From: Camelus dromedarius
Lineage: Eukaryota
Reading direction: 5' to 3'
NCBI RefSeq assembly: GCF_036321535.1
Contig: NC_087445.1
Coordinates: 9,674,001-9,738,000 of the forward strand
DNA length: 64,000 bases
Position numbers and translations under genes: made by a program. Within the stretch, counting starts at the first letter, position 1. Each line of letters opens with the position of its first letter. Of this stretch, positions 62,831 to 64,000 are shown piece after piece. The notes under the pieces were generated by a model, which was not told the DNA's origin, ran no database searches, and saw only the letters and a program-made list of their open reading frames with translations.

Positions 62831-64000
62831 CCCTTTAAAGATTAGTGCCTGCAAATGTGAAATTTCCCTGGATTTCAACTCCCCATGGGCCTGTATTGAG
62901 TCTACAAATAGGAAGTGGGTATATGCGTGAGCCACATCCAACAAAACATGAGTATTTCCTGCCGGTTCTACAGTGTCATTAATTGGTAATACAGTTTACT
63001 ATTCAGTGTTTCAGAGGACCACTGCTCCTAAATTCCTCCAAAATCTTCTTTATATTTATCCATTTGAGATCATTAACAAGTCCTGTTTCTTATATCTATA
63101 TCCATTAACAGGAAATGAAATATACATTGATACTAACTAACTGTGCCATCTTGTCAAAACTCTTTCATCGCTGTTCTTTTTTATTGTACAATTACCATAT
63201 ACTTAAGATGTTGAAGAGACACAGAACAGATTTAATGTGGTGTCTCCCTCTACAGAATCTTAACCAGCACACAGGGTTTTCTTTGGAAAAGGAGATACAA
63301 GATTGCAACCATTAAGAAGCCATGAAAAAAAAAGGACAAAGAATTTAACAAACATTAAGATTCCTCCACAAAGCATTTCATCTTTGTCAGAATTTAATTT
63401 AAAACGTTTCTGACATTCAATTACTCACTGTAGACAAACTCTGAATCAGATCATTTGCTGCCAAAGCTAAATTATCAAATAGAGAGACATAAACATGAGT
63501 GTTTTCTGCATAATGACAGCCCATAATGATAAAAAATTCTTCCTAAAGGCATCATGTACTGTAGATATTAAGAAAGAATCTAAGAAGGAAATGGAGACTT
63601 ACACAAATATGTTCTCATACTCCTGAACATAGAAATACCTTGAGAAATACCACTGAAACTCTTAGATAGATTTTAATTGGATCTAAGCTTGATTTAGTAA
63701 ATTTTACATAGTTATTTTGCCAGTGTCATACATTTATTAACACCCTTGCAGATTGTCTTATTTATTTGCATTTTATCTTGTTGACATGTTTTAATGAATA
63801 TTCAAATTGGTGGATTTAAATAGATGAACAACTGAATATAACAGTGCTGCCGCATACTCGAGGCAGCATTACCAGGCATCGAAGTGGAATCTCTGTTAAC
63901 CACACGTGGCTTACACATATCACAGAGGACTCAAAAGTCACAGAGAAGTGTTTCCTGAATCACAATCAGATATTTTACTCATCCAGAGCCTTCCCTTTAT

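Noticed and set aside
63597..63640. 20-nt minus-strand microexon (TTCAG|...|GTAAGT)
   Set aside because: It is not a multiple of three, the exon-side donor context is weak, and there is no supporting partner exon.

Overview
This is AT-rich, CpG-depleted mammalian DNA that is intronic or intergenic and dominated by interspersed repeats. Two tRNA-Ala-headed SINEs with an ...AAATAAA(C/T)CTAATTAC(C)TCCCC-type tail and three copies of one young L1 3' end point to a camelid (alpaca/vicuna/camel) origin; this comes from my recollection of the families, not from a search. Repeats present are old L1M, L2, MIR and MER5A fragments, several MaLR/ERVL LTRs (MLT1, MLT2, LTR16), a deleted ERV-L provirus with recognisable integrase motifs, two solo ERV1-type LTRs with perfect 4-bp TSDs, and young L1 pieces. 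I recognise no protein-coding gene, and every ORF I can identify is L1 ORF1/ORF2 or ERV-L pol decay. I found no evidence for a new multi-gene system. The observations most worth following up are: an L1 3' end nested inside an L1 of the same family; a tail-less internal L1 RT fragment (endonuclease-independent-like insertion); a templated-duplication scar in a CCAAT-array LTR; an LTR16 copy carrying a complete 90-nt exon signature with a dead poly(A) signal; several other candidate exons in unique DNA; and an unassigned ~1-kb GC-rich TG...CA element. Subfamily names and the boundaries of old repeats are approximate because they were read by eye.
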